Positions 50,549 to 60,651 of a DNA stretch of 64,000 bases are shown here, piece after piece. The position numbers were made by a program, and so were the translations under genes. Source of the DNA: Candidatus Latescibacterota bacterium (lineage in GTDB: Bacteria; Latescibacterota; UBA2968; GCA-2709665); assembly GCA_963667175.2 (NCBI GenBank), contig CAXXXF010000006.1, forward strand, positions 1 through 64,000. The letters run 5' to 3'. Positions within the stretch are counted from its first letter, which is position 1. Each line of letters starts with the position of its first letter. Under the pieces are notes generated by a model. It was not told the origin of the DNA and made no database searches. It was given only the letters and a program-made list of their open reading frames with translations.

Positions 50549-51301
50549 CTATTGCCGTTCGTAGAGGGAATCAATCGGGAGATAGCCGGAATTAACCGGC
50601 AGAGCGCGCTCGACGATCCGGCCTCGCTGAACCTGGAGCGACCAGGCTCCGGATTCGGCATCGGCGGAGATGACCCTGTACCCGTCAGGCGTGAACCCGA
50701 CGGCGCAGTCATTGTCGATGGCGAGGCCGTTTCCACCCTTTCGCTTTAACATATCGTGGAAATCCTGCCTTCTGGGTACGCCAGCTGTATCTCCGTTGTA
50801 GTGAGGACACGCCAGACCGCGCAGAAGTCCCATGCCGGTGACGGCTATGTAGCGCCAGTCGTCGGGGCTGTAGAAGGATATCGAGTCGCTGTGCCCGCGG
50901 TCGAACCAGCAGATCGCTCCTGCGCTCACGCCGTAGAGGACCGCGCCGTCTGTATGAGCCGCCCTGAGCAAGGCGTCGACACCAAGCCGCCGCCATCGGC
51001 GCATCATCTTGAGCGTGTTTCCACCACCGACGTAGATGATCTCGGCCCAGGCGATCTTTTCGGCTATGGACTCCGTCGATGGCGGTTGGCCAAGCAGGTA
51101 GAGCACATCGGTGTCGCACCCGTAGCTCTCTCGATACGCTCTGTCGAATGCTTCCCAGTACTCGACCGAATCGCTGCTTGCCGTCGGGATGAACAGGGTG
51201 TTTGGGTTCGATGATCCCGACAGCTTGATGATTTCCACGTCGATGGGCCGGGTTGCCAGGGTGCTGATGTCTCCGCCACCTATTGCGACGATGCTTCCCA
51301 T
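50549..51301 (-). CDS. Peptidase E / S51 family
   Basis: FIPTAS, YVGGGNT and GVSAGA motifs. Confidence 0.92.
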   Translation of the reverse strand: MGSIVAIGGGDISTLATRPIDVEIIKLSGSSNPNTLFIPTASSDSVEYWEAFDRAYRESYGCDTDVLYLLGQPPSTESIAEKIAWAEIIYVGGGNTLKMMRRWRRLGVDALLRAAHTDGAVLYGVSAGAICWFDRGHSDSISFYSPDDWRYIAVTGMGLLRGLACPHYNGDTAGVPRRQDFHDMLKRKGGNGLAIDNDCAVGFTPDGYRVISADAESGAWSLQVQRGRIVERALPVNSGYLPIDSLYERQ

Positions 51302-51356
51302 CACATGACCCCGTTGGTAGTCAATCTGTGAGCAGCGCGAGACATGCGGACCACAT

Positions 51357-52127
51357 TTATGCGGCAAGCGAATCGTAATTCTCTTTCAGCCACGTGTTTT
51401 CTTCTTTCAGTTCCGCAAGATCCCCACGTTGGTAGAAGATAGACCACGGGAGGAGTCCTCGGCTCCCCAGAGTCTCGGTCCTGCGGTACTCTTCCAATTG
51501 CAGATCGCTCAGGGTGTCCAGGATTGCGCTGGTATCCGTGCCGTATGTGTCAGAAAGTACAGCTAACCTGGACCTGAGATCCGGCATATCGGAAAACCCG
51601 ACTTTACTCCAGTGCGCTTCGCCTCGGAGAGGCACCGCATACCAGGCAAACTGACTGACATCGCTGAGGGGATCACCCGGCTCGGCAAAGTCCCAGTCGA
51701 TTATTCCTTTCAATTTTCGCCCTTCCCAGACAGTATTCCAGGGTCCAAGGTCCCCGTGCCGGATGATCATCCCGGGTCGCCAGGCTACATTGGGAACAAC
51801 CCATTCGGCATCCTCGGACGGCTCGAAATCCCTCACTGCATTGTGATATCGGGACAGATAAAGCGCGACCTCGGCAAGGCCCTTTTCCTCGAGCATCACC
51901 TCCGGCCATGGTCGCCGGGCAACTTCTCCAGGGATAAACGAAAGCACCTCGCGTCCGAGTTCGTCGAATCCGAGGACACGAGGAACTCCTGAAAAGCCAA
52001 CCGCCTCCAGGTAACGCAGCAGGGCATGCACGGCCGGCGTCCACCTGTGGACAGGTCTGCGCACGGTGTCTCCAATCCGCACAACGGGATTGACACAACC
52101 CTGGTCGGATTCGCCCTCTTGCATCAT
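51357..52127 (-). CDS. Phosphotransferase (APH-like)
   Basis: HGDLGPWN and IIDWD motifs. Confidence 0.9.
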   Translation of the reverse strand: MMQEGESDQGCVNPVVRIGDTVRRPVHRWTPAVHALLRYLEAVGFSGVPRVLGFDELGREVLSFIPGEVARRPWPEVMLEEKGLAEVALYLSRYHNAVRDFEPSEDAEWVVPNVAWRPGMIIRHGDLGPWNTVWEGRKLKGIIDWDFAEPGDPLSDVSQFAWYAVPLRGEAHWSKVGFSDMPDLRSRLAVLSDTYGTDTSAILDTLSDLQLEEYRRTETLGSRGLLPWSIFYQRGDLAELKEENTWLKENYDSLAA

Positions 52128-52180
52128 CGTCAGATTCTCCCAATCCTGATTTGATTGCCCTCTTGTTTGGCCTCATGTCT

Positions 52181-52285
52181 CGCTACGATATGCCAGTTTG
52201 CGAACCGCCAAGGTGGCTGCTGACAGCCTGATCGGCAACGGTGCCGCAGCGCAAGACGGGCTGTTAGCAGACGTCGCCAGTAGCA
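52181..52285 (-). other. Degenerate attC-like site
   Basis: GCTAC-GATAT-GCCAGTTTGCGAACC...GCAGAC..GTAGC. Confidence 0.55.
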
Positions 52286-52292
52286 TTCATCG

Positions 52293-53219
52293 TCACATCA
52301 GATCCGGTTCAGGGAGTCCAAGTTCCTTGACCGTCCACTGAAGACCTGTAATGAGCTGCGCCTGCTGCAGTTTGCGAACCAACGGCGCGTGGGGCAGATC
52401 CGGCAACCCTGCACGCGAAGCGAAATACCCCGTAACGTACGACGCCAGGCGACCGGCGTCCGGAAGAATATCCTGTGGAGACGGTCCACCCTCGTGGCGA
52501 AGGCCGGGCAGCCAGAAAGCAATGTCGAGATCGGGATTGCCGGAGCAGGCGTTGTTCCAGTCGATTAGAACGGCCCGGTCGTCACGAAAGCAGATGTTGT
52601 CGCTTCTCACGTCAAGGTGGACAAGCGCATTGCCTTCAGGTTCAACTCTATCGTGCGCCTCAAGGAGGGTGGGCAGACACTTTGTCAACCACGATTCGCT
52701 TGCGACGCGTATCGACAGGAAGGCCTCCGGGTGCGACGCGACTTCGTGCCATCCGCGATGCGTGAAGATGTCCTGATATTCGGGCACACTCGCCTGGCTC
52801 CCGTGTATCGTTGCCAGACTGTCAAGAACCCTATCGACGCGAGAAGCCGTCCAGGGCGGTGGCCACGCGTTCCCGGTCAGGTCCTCCAATATCAATAGAG
52901 TAGGTTCCTCCTCATCATAGGCCAATACGTCCGCCATGAAATCGCCGGAAAGCTGGCGGTAGACCAGAATCTCGGAATACAGCCACGCGCTGGTGCGCCG
53001 GTCCGTAGCGCACTTTGCAAATGCCGTGTTGCCGTCGCGGAATCTTACGATTCTCCGGCAGGCGTTTGTGTAACCTCCCTGAACCGGTAACAGCCGCTCC
53101 ACTCCCCGTCCGGTCAGGTCCGCTATTCGTGATTCAAGTCCGTCGCAGCAGATGTCCGGTCCCATAAATAACTCGCCATTCTCCCACCGATTTATCATGT
53201 CCGGCTGAAACGTGGTCAT
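52293..53219 (-). CDS. Phosphotransferase (APH-like)
   Basis: HLDVRSDN and LIDW motifs. Confidence 0.9.
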   Translation of the reverse strand: MTTFQPDMINRWENGELFMGPDICCDGLESRIADLTGRGVERLLPVQGGYTNACRRIVRFRDGNTAFAKCATDRRTSAWLYSEILVYRQLSGDFMADVLAYDEEEPTLLILEDLTGNAWPPPWTASRVDRVLDSLATIHGSQASVPEYQDIFTHRGWHEVASHPEAFLSIRVASESWLTKCLPTLLEAHDRVEPEGNALVHLDVRSDNICFRDDRAVLIDWNNACSGNPDLDIAFWLPGLRHEGGPSPQDILPDAGRLASYVTGYFASRAGLPDLPHAPLVRKLQQAQLITGLQWTVKELGLPEPDLM

Positions 53220-53282
53220 TGAATGTGCTGCCTGCGCTGAACTTGCCGAAGTGGCTTGTCGAAATGTTGAAATGCACGCGCT

Positions 53283-53909
53283 TCATTTCATCAGGAAGTT
53301 CCTGCCATACCGATACGCGATCTCGAGATTCCTTGCCGTGTTGCTCGATGTTGCAAAATGATCCGCCATCCCGGGAAGAAATGCAAACTCACAATGCTTC
53401 ACACCCGCGTCAGGGCGGAGGCGATCATGCGTGTATAACCGCCTCATGGCTTCAGCAATTCCGGACTCTACGAATCCCTCTAGAGAATTTCCAACAGGAC
53501 AGAGAACGAGCGCTCTTTCCATGGAGAGGCGTGGAAACGGATAGGTCTCCCTCGCGAATTGGTACTCGTAGGCGTATCCGCAGACCCAGACCCGGTCGAA
53601 CCATCCCTTCAACTTCGCCGGACAGTCGCTCCACCAGACCGGAAAGACAAAGGCCAGTCCGTCTGCCCTGCCGATCTTGCTGTGTTCGGCTTCCACGTCC
53701 GGCGGTATGGAGAGGGTGGGGCGATTGCCCTGGACGTTCATCTCGCGAATGTACTCATCCGGAGTCATTTCGCATTTGAAGTCCATTTCATACAAGTCCC
53801 CGATCTCGTAGGAATGTCCTCCGTCGTCGAGTCCTCGACAAAGTTCGTCCAGGACCTCCCCGGTGAAAGACCTCCTCGTCGGATGCGCAAAGACAATGTA
53901 TGCGTGCAT
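53283..53909 (-). CDS. Flavodoxin-fold NAD(P)H oxidoreductase, copy 1
   Basis: AHP..SFT and FPVWW..PAKLKGWFDRV. Confidence 0.92.
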   Translation of the reverse strand: MHAYIVFAHPTRRSFTGEVLDELCRGLDDGGHSYEIGDLYEMDFKCEMTPDEYIREMNVQGNRPTLSIPPDVEAEHSKIGRADGLAFVFPVWWSDCPAKLKGWFDRVWVCGYAYEYQFARETYPFPRLSMERALVLCPVGNSLEGFVESGIAEAMRRLYTHDRLRPDAGVKHCEFAFLPGMADHFATSSNTARNLEIAYRYGRNFLMK

Positions 53910-53983
53910 CAAGGGATCTCCGCCGGCAGCGGTGCAGGCCACGCCGCTGGACAACACGGCGCTGTCTTCGAAAGGAGTCTCAA

Positions 53984-54256
53984 TCAGGCATGCGCCGTCA
54001 CGACCGGCTGAAAGTAACCTGACTGTTCAGGTGTATGCCAGGCGATTTTCGAAAATCCGGCGGACTCCAGGGCCCGAGTGAGCTCCTTGCGCCGGATTGC
54101 CCGGTAGCGCGTCCTTAGCTCTCTTACTTGCCACCCATTCGGCGCCCGGGTCATTTTGAATAGCCGAATCAGGCAGGTATCTGATTTCTTCGACCAGTCC
54201 CAGACCTGAAACGTAATGACCTCGCGCTCCGATGCACCCTGAACGTTCGCGCCCAT
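53984..54256 (-). pseudogene. 3' fragment of methyltransferase (paralog of 60373-61149)
   Basis: Matches last ~90 aa of 60373-61149. Confidence 0.9.
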
Positions 54257-54308
54257 AAACGATCACGTTATTGACATAGTGACCACCGGTGCACCTACTT
54301 GTCCGCGA

Positions 54309-55094
54309 TTATTTGCCTCGCAGGTAATCTACGTAATGGCTTATGTATTGGTCGCCGGCCTCATCAACGCACCTATCGCAGAAATTCTCTTCCGCAATAG
54401 GTGCATATGAGGCCACGGTCTCACGGCCACAGCCAGCACACACTTCGCACCGGTAGAGATCAGCCCTACACAGGTGGCAGTGCACGTAGTCTCCGTTGCG
54501 GAGAGTCATCACTTTCTCGGCAGCGCATCGGGGACAGGGATCCACGATGGCTCCTCCTTCCTCGATTGCTGCTTTTCTTGCAGACTCCACGACATTTCGC
54601 CAATCACTGAGCATTTCGTTCGCTTGCGACCAAAGATCCCCTGGTAGAAAGCTTTCCAGCGGCGTGTCCATTTGTTGGCGCAAGTAGGTTGCAATGAAGT
54701 CGATCAGCATTGGCAACTGAAATTCCGCATCTTCACGATTGAAGGTCGGCATGTGATGCACGATCTCATGTCGACCTTCCGTAACTCTGTCGATTAAGTG
54801 AGCTTGATCGGGATCGAGGGGTAAACCGAAGTTTGCGAGCCGACGAGGAACGGCGGCTAACGAAACCGTCTTTTCCGCACCGGGGTTCTTTGCATCAATG
54901 TTGCGGTACACCAAGGTCGGATGGATTCGACGGAGCCGTTCTTTGAGCACCAACTCTGTCGTAACGACGGCGTGGACGATAGCAAAGTTCAGCTTCCGCG
55001 ACCGGAAATTGCGCATAGCCTCGACAAGGAATTGCTTCGCTGACGGCAGCAAAGACTCGTTCTTGTCATTCCAGTTTGTCAACTTACGTCCCAT
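54309..55094 (-). CDS. Hypothetical protein: HEPN-like domain plus Zn-ribbon
   Basis: ELVLKERL, RHEIVH (Rx4H); CPRC/CHLC/CAGC/CDRC. Confidence 0.7.
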   Translation of the reverse strand: MGRKLTNWNDKNESLLPSAKQFLVEAMRNFRSRKLNFAIVHAVVTTELVLKERLRRIHPTLVYRNIDAKNPGAEKTVSLAAVPRRLANFGLPLDPDQAHLIDRVTEGRHEIVHHMPTFNREDAEFQLPMLIDFIATYLRQQMDTPLESFLPGDLWSQANEMLSDWRNVVESARKAAIEEGGAIVDPCPRCAAEKVMTLRNGDYVHCHLCRADLYRCEVCAGCGRETVASYAPIAEENFCDRCVDEAGDQYISHYVDYLRGK

Positions 55095-55169
55095 TTTAGA
55101 CCAATTGCAAGCTTTCGAGTTCTCGCAGGACTATGTCTCGCCCCGCCTCCGCTGTCTTGGCAGAAAACT

Positions 55170-55320
55170 TGATAACGCGCCCGCCAATTGAGTCTGCGAT
55201 ACACGACAGAGGATCAGTATACCGCGGTCGCTCCAAACCCCCGTTGCATCGCGTTTGTCGATCCGGGTTGGGATATTGGAAAGGCTGGCAGTCATGCCAA
55301 AGACGCGCCATTCGTTGTCA
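55170..55320 (-). other. attC-like site
   Basis: CTTGATAAC-GCGC...GCGC-CATTC-GTTGTCAAG. Confidence 0.5.
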
Positions 55321-55414
55321 AGAAGGACCGAGGGGCACATGCACCGAAGTGCAAAACCGATGTTCTACGCCGTCCCCATTCACGCTGGCAGTTGTCTGGT
55401 CGTAGGGTAGTTGC

Positions 55415-56056
55415 TCACAGTGCGGGAGCAGTAGAGTCCTTCAGAGGCACCACCCAAACGACGAAATTCTCATAGAATAGCATTCGAAAGACGGGTTCTT
55501 CCATCTCTTCTGAGGGCGGCAAGACATTATACAGAAACACCATCTGGTTCTCACCGTGGGAAGGAAGTGGCGGGCAATTCTCTTTAGCCCATCGCATCAA
55601 CAGCCCGTATTCGTCCTCGCTCATATCTGCCGCGACCAGATTCGGAGTCATAATAATCAAGTCTCGATTCCATGGTTTACCGAACTCATGGAAGTGTAGT
55701 CCATAGGCGATCTTTTTCATTGTACGGTTGAAACGCTCGCGGTTGATCTCAAACGCCCTTGTAGTTCCTTCTGGGATTTCGACTCTCTGTGTCGTGCCAA
55801 GCGTTGTTTTTGCAAGACCCAGGCTGTCTTTCAGCGAATCCACGGTCCTATCAATGAACTGCTTAAACCCTGTTGCATTGTTCCCAATGCACATGGCGAT
55901 GATGTTCCGCACGTATTCATCGTCCTTGGATGTATCCTCATTGTGAACGGAGCACGATCGAACCGTAATCAACTGCCTTCGGTACGAACCTTCGTCAGGA
56001 AAGAAGCATTTTGCTGGTACGTGCTCTCTCGATGTAGCACTGGCTCGCCATGTCAT
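55415..56056 (-). CDS. HNH-like endonuclease-family protein
   Basis: SREHVPAKCFF..LITVRSCSVHN..SKDDEY. Confidence 0.7.
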   Translation of the reverse strand: MTWRASATSREHVPAKCFFPDEGSYRRQLITVRSCSVHNEDTSKDDEYVRNIIAMCIGNNATGFKQFIDRTVDSLKDSLGLAKTTLGTTQRVEIPEGTTRAFEINRERFNRTMKKIAYGLHFHEFGKPWNRDLIIMTPNLVAADMSEDEYGLLMRWAKENCPPLPSHGENQMVFLYNVLPPSEEMEEPVFRMLFYENFVVWVVPLKDSTAPAL

Positions 56057-56115
56057 TTCACTCTCGTATGTATTCGCTGGTCGGACAAAAGTCGCGTAGG
56101 CAGGATTTATGCGAA

Positions 56116-56206
56116 GGTTGACGTGGGAATGCCTGAAGCCGCGCGGACGACGTTATACGCCGACAGCCCCCTTCGCGCAAAACGAATGAGGGCTGCCACG
56201 TCACTG
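56116..56206 (-). other. Degenerate attC-like site
   Basis: GGTTGAC-GTGG..CCT...AGG..CCAC-GTCAC. Confidence 0.4.
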
Positions 56207-56322
56207 GCGTACGATCGCCTCTTCTTTCTTCAACGCTACCGATGTTTTCTATATTAATTTTTCCAAAAGGCGATGACTGAGCGGCAGTTGCGTCGCGAAA
56301 CGCCAATATCTGCAGAAGCCCA

Positions 56323-57027
56323 TTACCCCTCGTATTGAGCAGGTGGCTCAAGTAGCCTGAGTTGGGAGACCTCGCGACCCATTCGTCTGGCAGCGCCGTG
56401 GAATGAATTCTGTTCGACGTCCTCATTGCCCCATTGATCCCAACCCCCCCTTACAAAGCGAGCGAAGAGCTCCAAATAGGGCCCAGGTGAACACGCTTCA
56501 ATGATGTCATAAATCTCGTCCGGCTTGCGTGAGTGCTCACGCTTTCTGGTAGGGACCAGATTCACCTGGGTCCTACCCGCGGGAAGCGTCCGCATCGAGC
56601 CGCGAACACCGAAAAGAACCAACTCAGTGACATTCCTGAAATAAAAGCCGACGCCCCGCCCATCGGGGCCTCCATCCTTGCGGATTTTGTACCAGACAAT
56701 ATTCGTCTTGTACGTAAATCCCCATGTCTTCATCACTTCCAAGCCCCAGGCCAATAACGCGTTAGGAACCCATAGATATAGGTGAGAATCCTTACCCGTT
56801 AACTGCGGCACAGGCAGCTCGCAGATTTCATCCAATGTCATTGTCGGATAGCGCATTAACCGCTGATGTTCCGGAGCCACCTTGCCGGTACGATTCTGAA
56901 ATCTCCACGGAGGGTCCGCCAATATCGTTGTGTACGGTCCGCTTGCTTTTGACGCCAGGTCCTGCGAAGCCGTCGGTCGCGGGATATTAACAATCTTCGT
57001 CAAAGAGCGGCTCCTTTGTACGTCCAC
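56323..57027 (-). CDS. MT-A70 family adenine methyltransferase
   Basis: ADPPW, LYLWVPN, EHSRKP and YLELFAR motifs. Confidence 0.93.
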   Translation of the reverse strand: MDVQRSRSLTKIVNIPRPTASQDLASKASGPYTTILADPPWRFQNRTGKVAPEHQRLMRYPTMTLDEICELPVPQLTGKDSHLYLWVPNALLAWGLEVMKTWGFTYKTNIVWYKIRKDGGPDGRGVGFYFRNVTELVLFGVRGSMRTLPAGRTQVNLVPTRKREHSRKPDEIYDIIEACSPGPYLELFARFVRGGWDQWGNEDVEQNSFHGAARRMGREVSQLRLLEPPAQYEG

Positions 57028-57240
57028 TCATCACGAAATTCGCTCTCAAGAATCGCGGATGCATGGCGCCATTCATGAATCTCGTAATTGCTGCGAATCG
57101 CGTCTGGAAAGTGTTCTATAGGCATGGTAGAAAGATAAGCCTCAGTGCGCGTCGTCGCAAGATTTCGTTAAGAACGATCGGACGACGAAGACACGGGTTT
57201 TCGTTCCGCATCTACAAGATATACCAACCTGAAATATTCA

Positions 57241-59216
57241 GTGCGCCGTGAAAAGGCGCGGAACTTCAGTGGGTGAGAGTCCCACCCGACAAGTGTTGCC
57301 ACAGTCGGTAGCAATCGGAGCGGGGACGTAGGAAACGACATCTCCGAAGCCTCCGGTGTAGAGGGTCGCAAGGCGACTTGGCGAGTATGCGGGCCGAAAC
57401 GTGAGTGAACGCTGCGCAGGCCTCGAAAAGGGTAATGCGGGAGCCGACCCGCCTGAATTTCGGGGAAGGCCGCCGTCGTTGGGGAAGCAGGCAACGCGAG
57501 CACCCAACGGTCCCGCCGGGGTAGTGGCGGAGGCACGTATACAAGGAGTTCCGACGCAACACGGGAAGCCCCAGGCGGTGGTGGAGACACCAACCGGCAG
57601 CCCGTGAGGGTCAGGCCGGGCCGCGTGGGGTGGCGGAGAGGCCCGTAGTACCTGAGAAGCCGGGTAATGCCGGCGGAGGAAAGGGGCCTTGGTTCAAGGG
57701 CAACGTCAAAGGAGCGAGAGCCTGGAGATTGGTATGAGCCTAAGACCTCCGGAAAAGGTTCGGAAGTTGCAGAGGACGTTGCATGCCAAAGCGAAGGAAT
57801 CGCCCGGCTACCGATTCTACGCGCTGTATGACAAGGTGTATCGCGAGGACATCCTGCTTTATGCGTACCGCTGCTGCAAGGCCAACGGCGGCGCGGCGGG
57901 CGTGGACGGCGAGACGTTTGCGGATATCGAGTCATATGGGCAAAAGCGGTGGTTAGGCGAACTGTCGGAAGCCGTAAGGAGCAAATCGTATCGGGTGTCT
58001 CCGATCCGTCGGGTGTATATCCCCAAGCCGAACGGGAAGCAAAGGCCGCTGGGCATCCCGACGGTGAAAGATCGGGTGGTGCAAACCGCGGCGATGCTGG
58101 TATTGGAGCCGATCTTTGAGGCGGACCTGCCAGCGGCGCAGTATGCGTACCGTCCGAAACGGAGTGCGCACGACGCCATCAGGGCGGTTCACAGTCTGGT
58201 GAGCCGTGGCCATACGCAGGTGATCGACGCGGACTTGAGCGGTTACTTTGACACGATCCCGCATGCCGAGCTGATGAAATGTGTGGCGCGTCGCATCAGT
58301 GACGGGCGTATGCTGCGCCTGGTCAAGCTGTGGCTGACCGCGCCGATTGAGGAGACCGACAAGCGGGGCCGCAAACGTCGAACGACGCCGAACAAGGATC
58401 AGGGAAGGGGGACACCGCAAGGCGCCCCGATCTCGCCCCTGCTGGCGAACCTGTATATGCGGCGGTTCATTCTGGGATGGCAGGTTCGGGGACATCAGCA
58501 ACGCCTGAAGGCTCATATTGTCAACTACGCGGACGATTTTGTGATCTGCTGTCGCGGCACCGCAAAAGAAGCGATGCGCGCGATGCGATCCATTATGAAG
58601 GCGCTCAAGTTGACGGTGAACGAGCAGAAGACGGGCATATGCACGCTTCCTGAAGGACGATTTGACTTTCTGGGCTACACCATCGAACGCTGTTACTCAC
58701 CAAAGACGGGAAAGGCCTATATCGGCACGCGCCCGTCAAAGAAGGCCATCCGGCACATCTGCCGGGCCATCAGCGAGGCAACGGCGCGGCGGTGGCTGCT
58801 GAAAGACCATCAAGAACGGATTGCCCACCTGAACCGAAAGCTAACAGGGTGGGGCAACTACTTCCGTCTTGGTCCGGTCAGCAAAGCCTACCGGAGTGTG
58901 GACAGCCACACCCGGCAACGGCTCCGCTGGTGGTTGTGCAACAAGTACCGAATACCGGGAAAGGGGACGTCCCGTCTCCCTGACGAGGTCCTCTACAATA
59001 CGTTGGGCCTGACCCGGCTGGAGGTGCAGACGCACAACCTTCCGTGGGCGAACGCATGACTCCTTGTCCGAGAGCCGGATGCGGTAAATCCGCACGTCCG
59101 GTTCGATGAGCGGGACGTGGAAACGGAGCGCGGAGCGGCTATGGAGGCACCGCCAGACGAAAGGGGCGGAAACAGATAGGCCTCTCCTACACCACCGCGC
59201 CACCTCTCGACTCTAC
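57241..59216 (+). mobile_element. Group II intron
   Basis: 5' GTGCG; domain V GAGAGCCGGATGCGGTAAATCCGCACGTCCGGTTC; 3' CTCTAC; putative EBS1 TGAATTT vs exon ATATTCA. Confidence 0.93.
57734..59059 (+). CDS. ltrA: Group II intron reverse transcriptase/maturase (no En domain)
   Basis: RPLGIPTVKDR, GTPQG, YADD, FDFLGY and X-domain GWGNYF. Confidence 0.95.
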   Translation: MSLRPPEKVRKLQRTLHAKAKESPGYRFYALYDKVYREDILLYAYRCCKANGGAAGVDGETFADIESYGQKRWLGELSEAVRSKSYRVSPIRRVYIPKPNGKQRPLGIPTVKDRVVQTAAMLVLEPIFEADLPAAQYAYRPKRSAHDAIRAVHSLVSRGHTQVIDADLSGYFDTIPHAELMKCVARRISDGRMLRLVKLWLTAPIEETDKRGRKRRTTPNKDQGRGTPQGAPISPLLANLYMRRFILGWQVRGHQQRLKAHIVNYADDFVICCRGTAKEAMRAMRSIMKALKLTVNEQKTGICTLPEGRFDFLGYTIERCYSPKTGKAYIGTRPSKKAIRHICRAISEATARRWLLKDHQERIAHLNRKLTGWGNYFRLGPVSKAYRSVDSHTRQRLRWWLCNKYRIPGKGTSRLPDEVLYNTLGLTRLEVQTHNLPWANA

Positions 59217-59392
59217 CGAAAACCGGTGGACTTGTCGTATAATCGATTGATTTTCAATAACATCAGTGGAGAATTTAACGAATTCCATTAAGAGTCCGGA
59301 ATCGGGCTGGCCGGCAAACGTTGGGGTTTCAAGTTGGACGGACTTATCGCTGTTGCTTGCCAGAGTGAGCATTTGCCCTGGCTCCTGGTTTC

Positions 59393-59526
59393 TAATCCTG
59401 CTTAATCCTGCAAATCCTGATCGGTTTTTCTGGTTTTTTTTCGCGTTTTTTCGTGTATTTCGTAGTTTCTGATGTTCGTTTTCTCGTGCTTTTTGGCTTT
59501 CATCCTGTCCATCCTGTCCATCCATG
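59393..59526. repeat. ATCCTG and TTCGYG short-repeat tract
   Basis: Similar to 26777-26843. Confidence 0.7.
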
Positions 59527-59671
59527 TTTGTTCCGTTTCATGGATTAATGGGGACCAAGAGAATCTGGCTTTACAAATCTCATTACAGACGGCGTGGAAT
59601 CAGCAGCCGGCAACCCGACAATGTTTCCAGCGTCATCCTCAGATCGAATGAGGCGCCCGTTTCACTCTGCG

Positions 59672-60298
59672 TCACTTCATCAGGAAGTTCCTGCCATACT
59701 GATACGCGATCTCAAGATTCCTTGCCATGTTGCTCGATGTTGCAAAGTGATCCGCCATACCAGGGAGGAGTGCGAACTCACAATGCTTCACACCCGCATC
59801 AGGGCGGAGGCGATCATGGGTGTATAACCGTCTCATGGCTTCAGCAATTCCAGCCTCTTCCAGACCCTCTAAAGTATTGCCCACCGGACAGAGAACGAGA
59901 GCTCTTTCGACTGAGAGTCGCGGAAACGGATAGGTCTCCATGGCAAACTGGTACTCGTACGCGTATCCGCAGACCCAAACCCGGTCGAACCATCCCTTCA
60001 GCTTTGCCGGACAGTCGCTCCACCAGACGGGAAAGACAAAGGCCAGGCCATCTGCCCTGCCGATCTTGCTGTGTTCCGCCTGCACGTCCGATGGTACGGG
60101 GAGAGTGGAGCGATTGCCCTGAACGTTCATCTCGCGAACGTACTCATCCGGACTCATCTCGCATTTAAAGTCCATTTCATACAAATCGCCGATCTCGTAT
60201 GAATGCCCACCGTCGTCGAGTCCTCGACACAACTCGCCCAGGACCTCCCCGGTGAAAGACCTCCTCGTCGGATGCGCAAAGACAATGTATGCGTGCAT
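59672..60298 (-). CDS. Flavodoxin-fold NAD(P)H oxidoreductase, copy 2
   Basis: Paralog of 53283-53909. Confidence 0.92.
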   Translation of the reverse strand: MHAYIVFAHPTRRSFTGEVLGELCRGLDDGGHSYEIGDLYEMDFKCEMSPDEYVREMNVQGNRSTLPVPSDVQAEHSKIGRADGLAFVFPVWWSDCPAKLKGWFDRVWVCGYAYEYQFAMETYPFPRLSVERALVLCPVGNTLEGLEEAGIAEAMRRLYTHDRLRPDAGVKHCEFALLPGMADHFATSSNMARNLEIAYQYGRNFLMK

Positions 60299-60651
60299 CA
60301 AGGGATCTCCGCCGGCAGCGGTGCAGGCCACGCCGCTGGACAACACGGCGCTGTCTTCGAAAGGAGTCTCAATCAGGCATGCGCCGTCACGACCGGCTGA
60401 AAGTAACCTGACTGTTCAGGTGTATGCCAGGCGATTTTCGAAAATCCGGCGCACTCCAGGGCCCGAGTGAACTCCTTGCGCGGGATTGCCCGGTAGCGGG
60501 TCCTTAGCTCTCTTACTTGCCACCCATTCGGTGCCCGGGTCATAATGAATAACCGAATCAGGCAGGTATCTGATTTCTTCGACCAGTCCCAGACCTGAAA
60601 CGTAATGACCTCGCGCTCCGATGCACCCTGAATGTTCGCGCCCTCAAACGA
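59672..60651. repeat. ~1-kb direct repeat, copy 2
   Basis: Colinear with 53283-54262. Confidence 0.95.

Larger units (their letters stand above)
53283..54262. repeat. ~1-kb direct repeat, copy 1
   Basis: Colinear with 59672-60651 at offset 6389. Confidence 0.95.

Noticed and set aside
57241-57733. Retron ncRNA or other RT-associated RNA upstream of the RT
   Set aside because: Explained by intron domains I-IV starting at GTGCG, with domains V/VI after the ORF
53283-60651. Diversity-generating retroelement (RT between two similar repeats)
   Set aside because: Differences are mostly synonymous and not adenine-specific, the repeats are ~1 kb, and the RT lies within a complete group II intron
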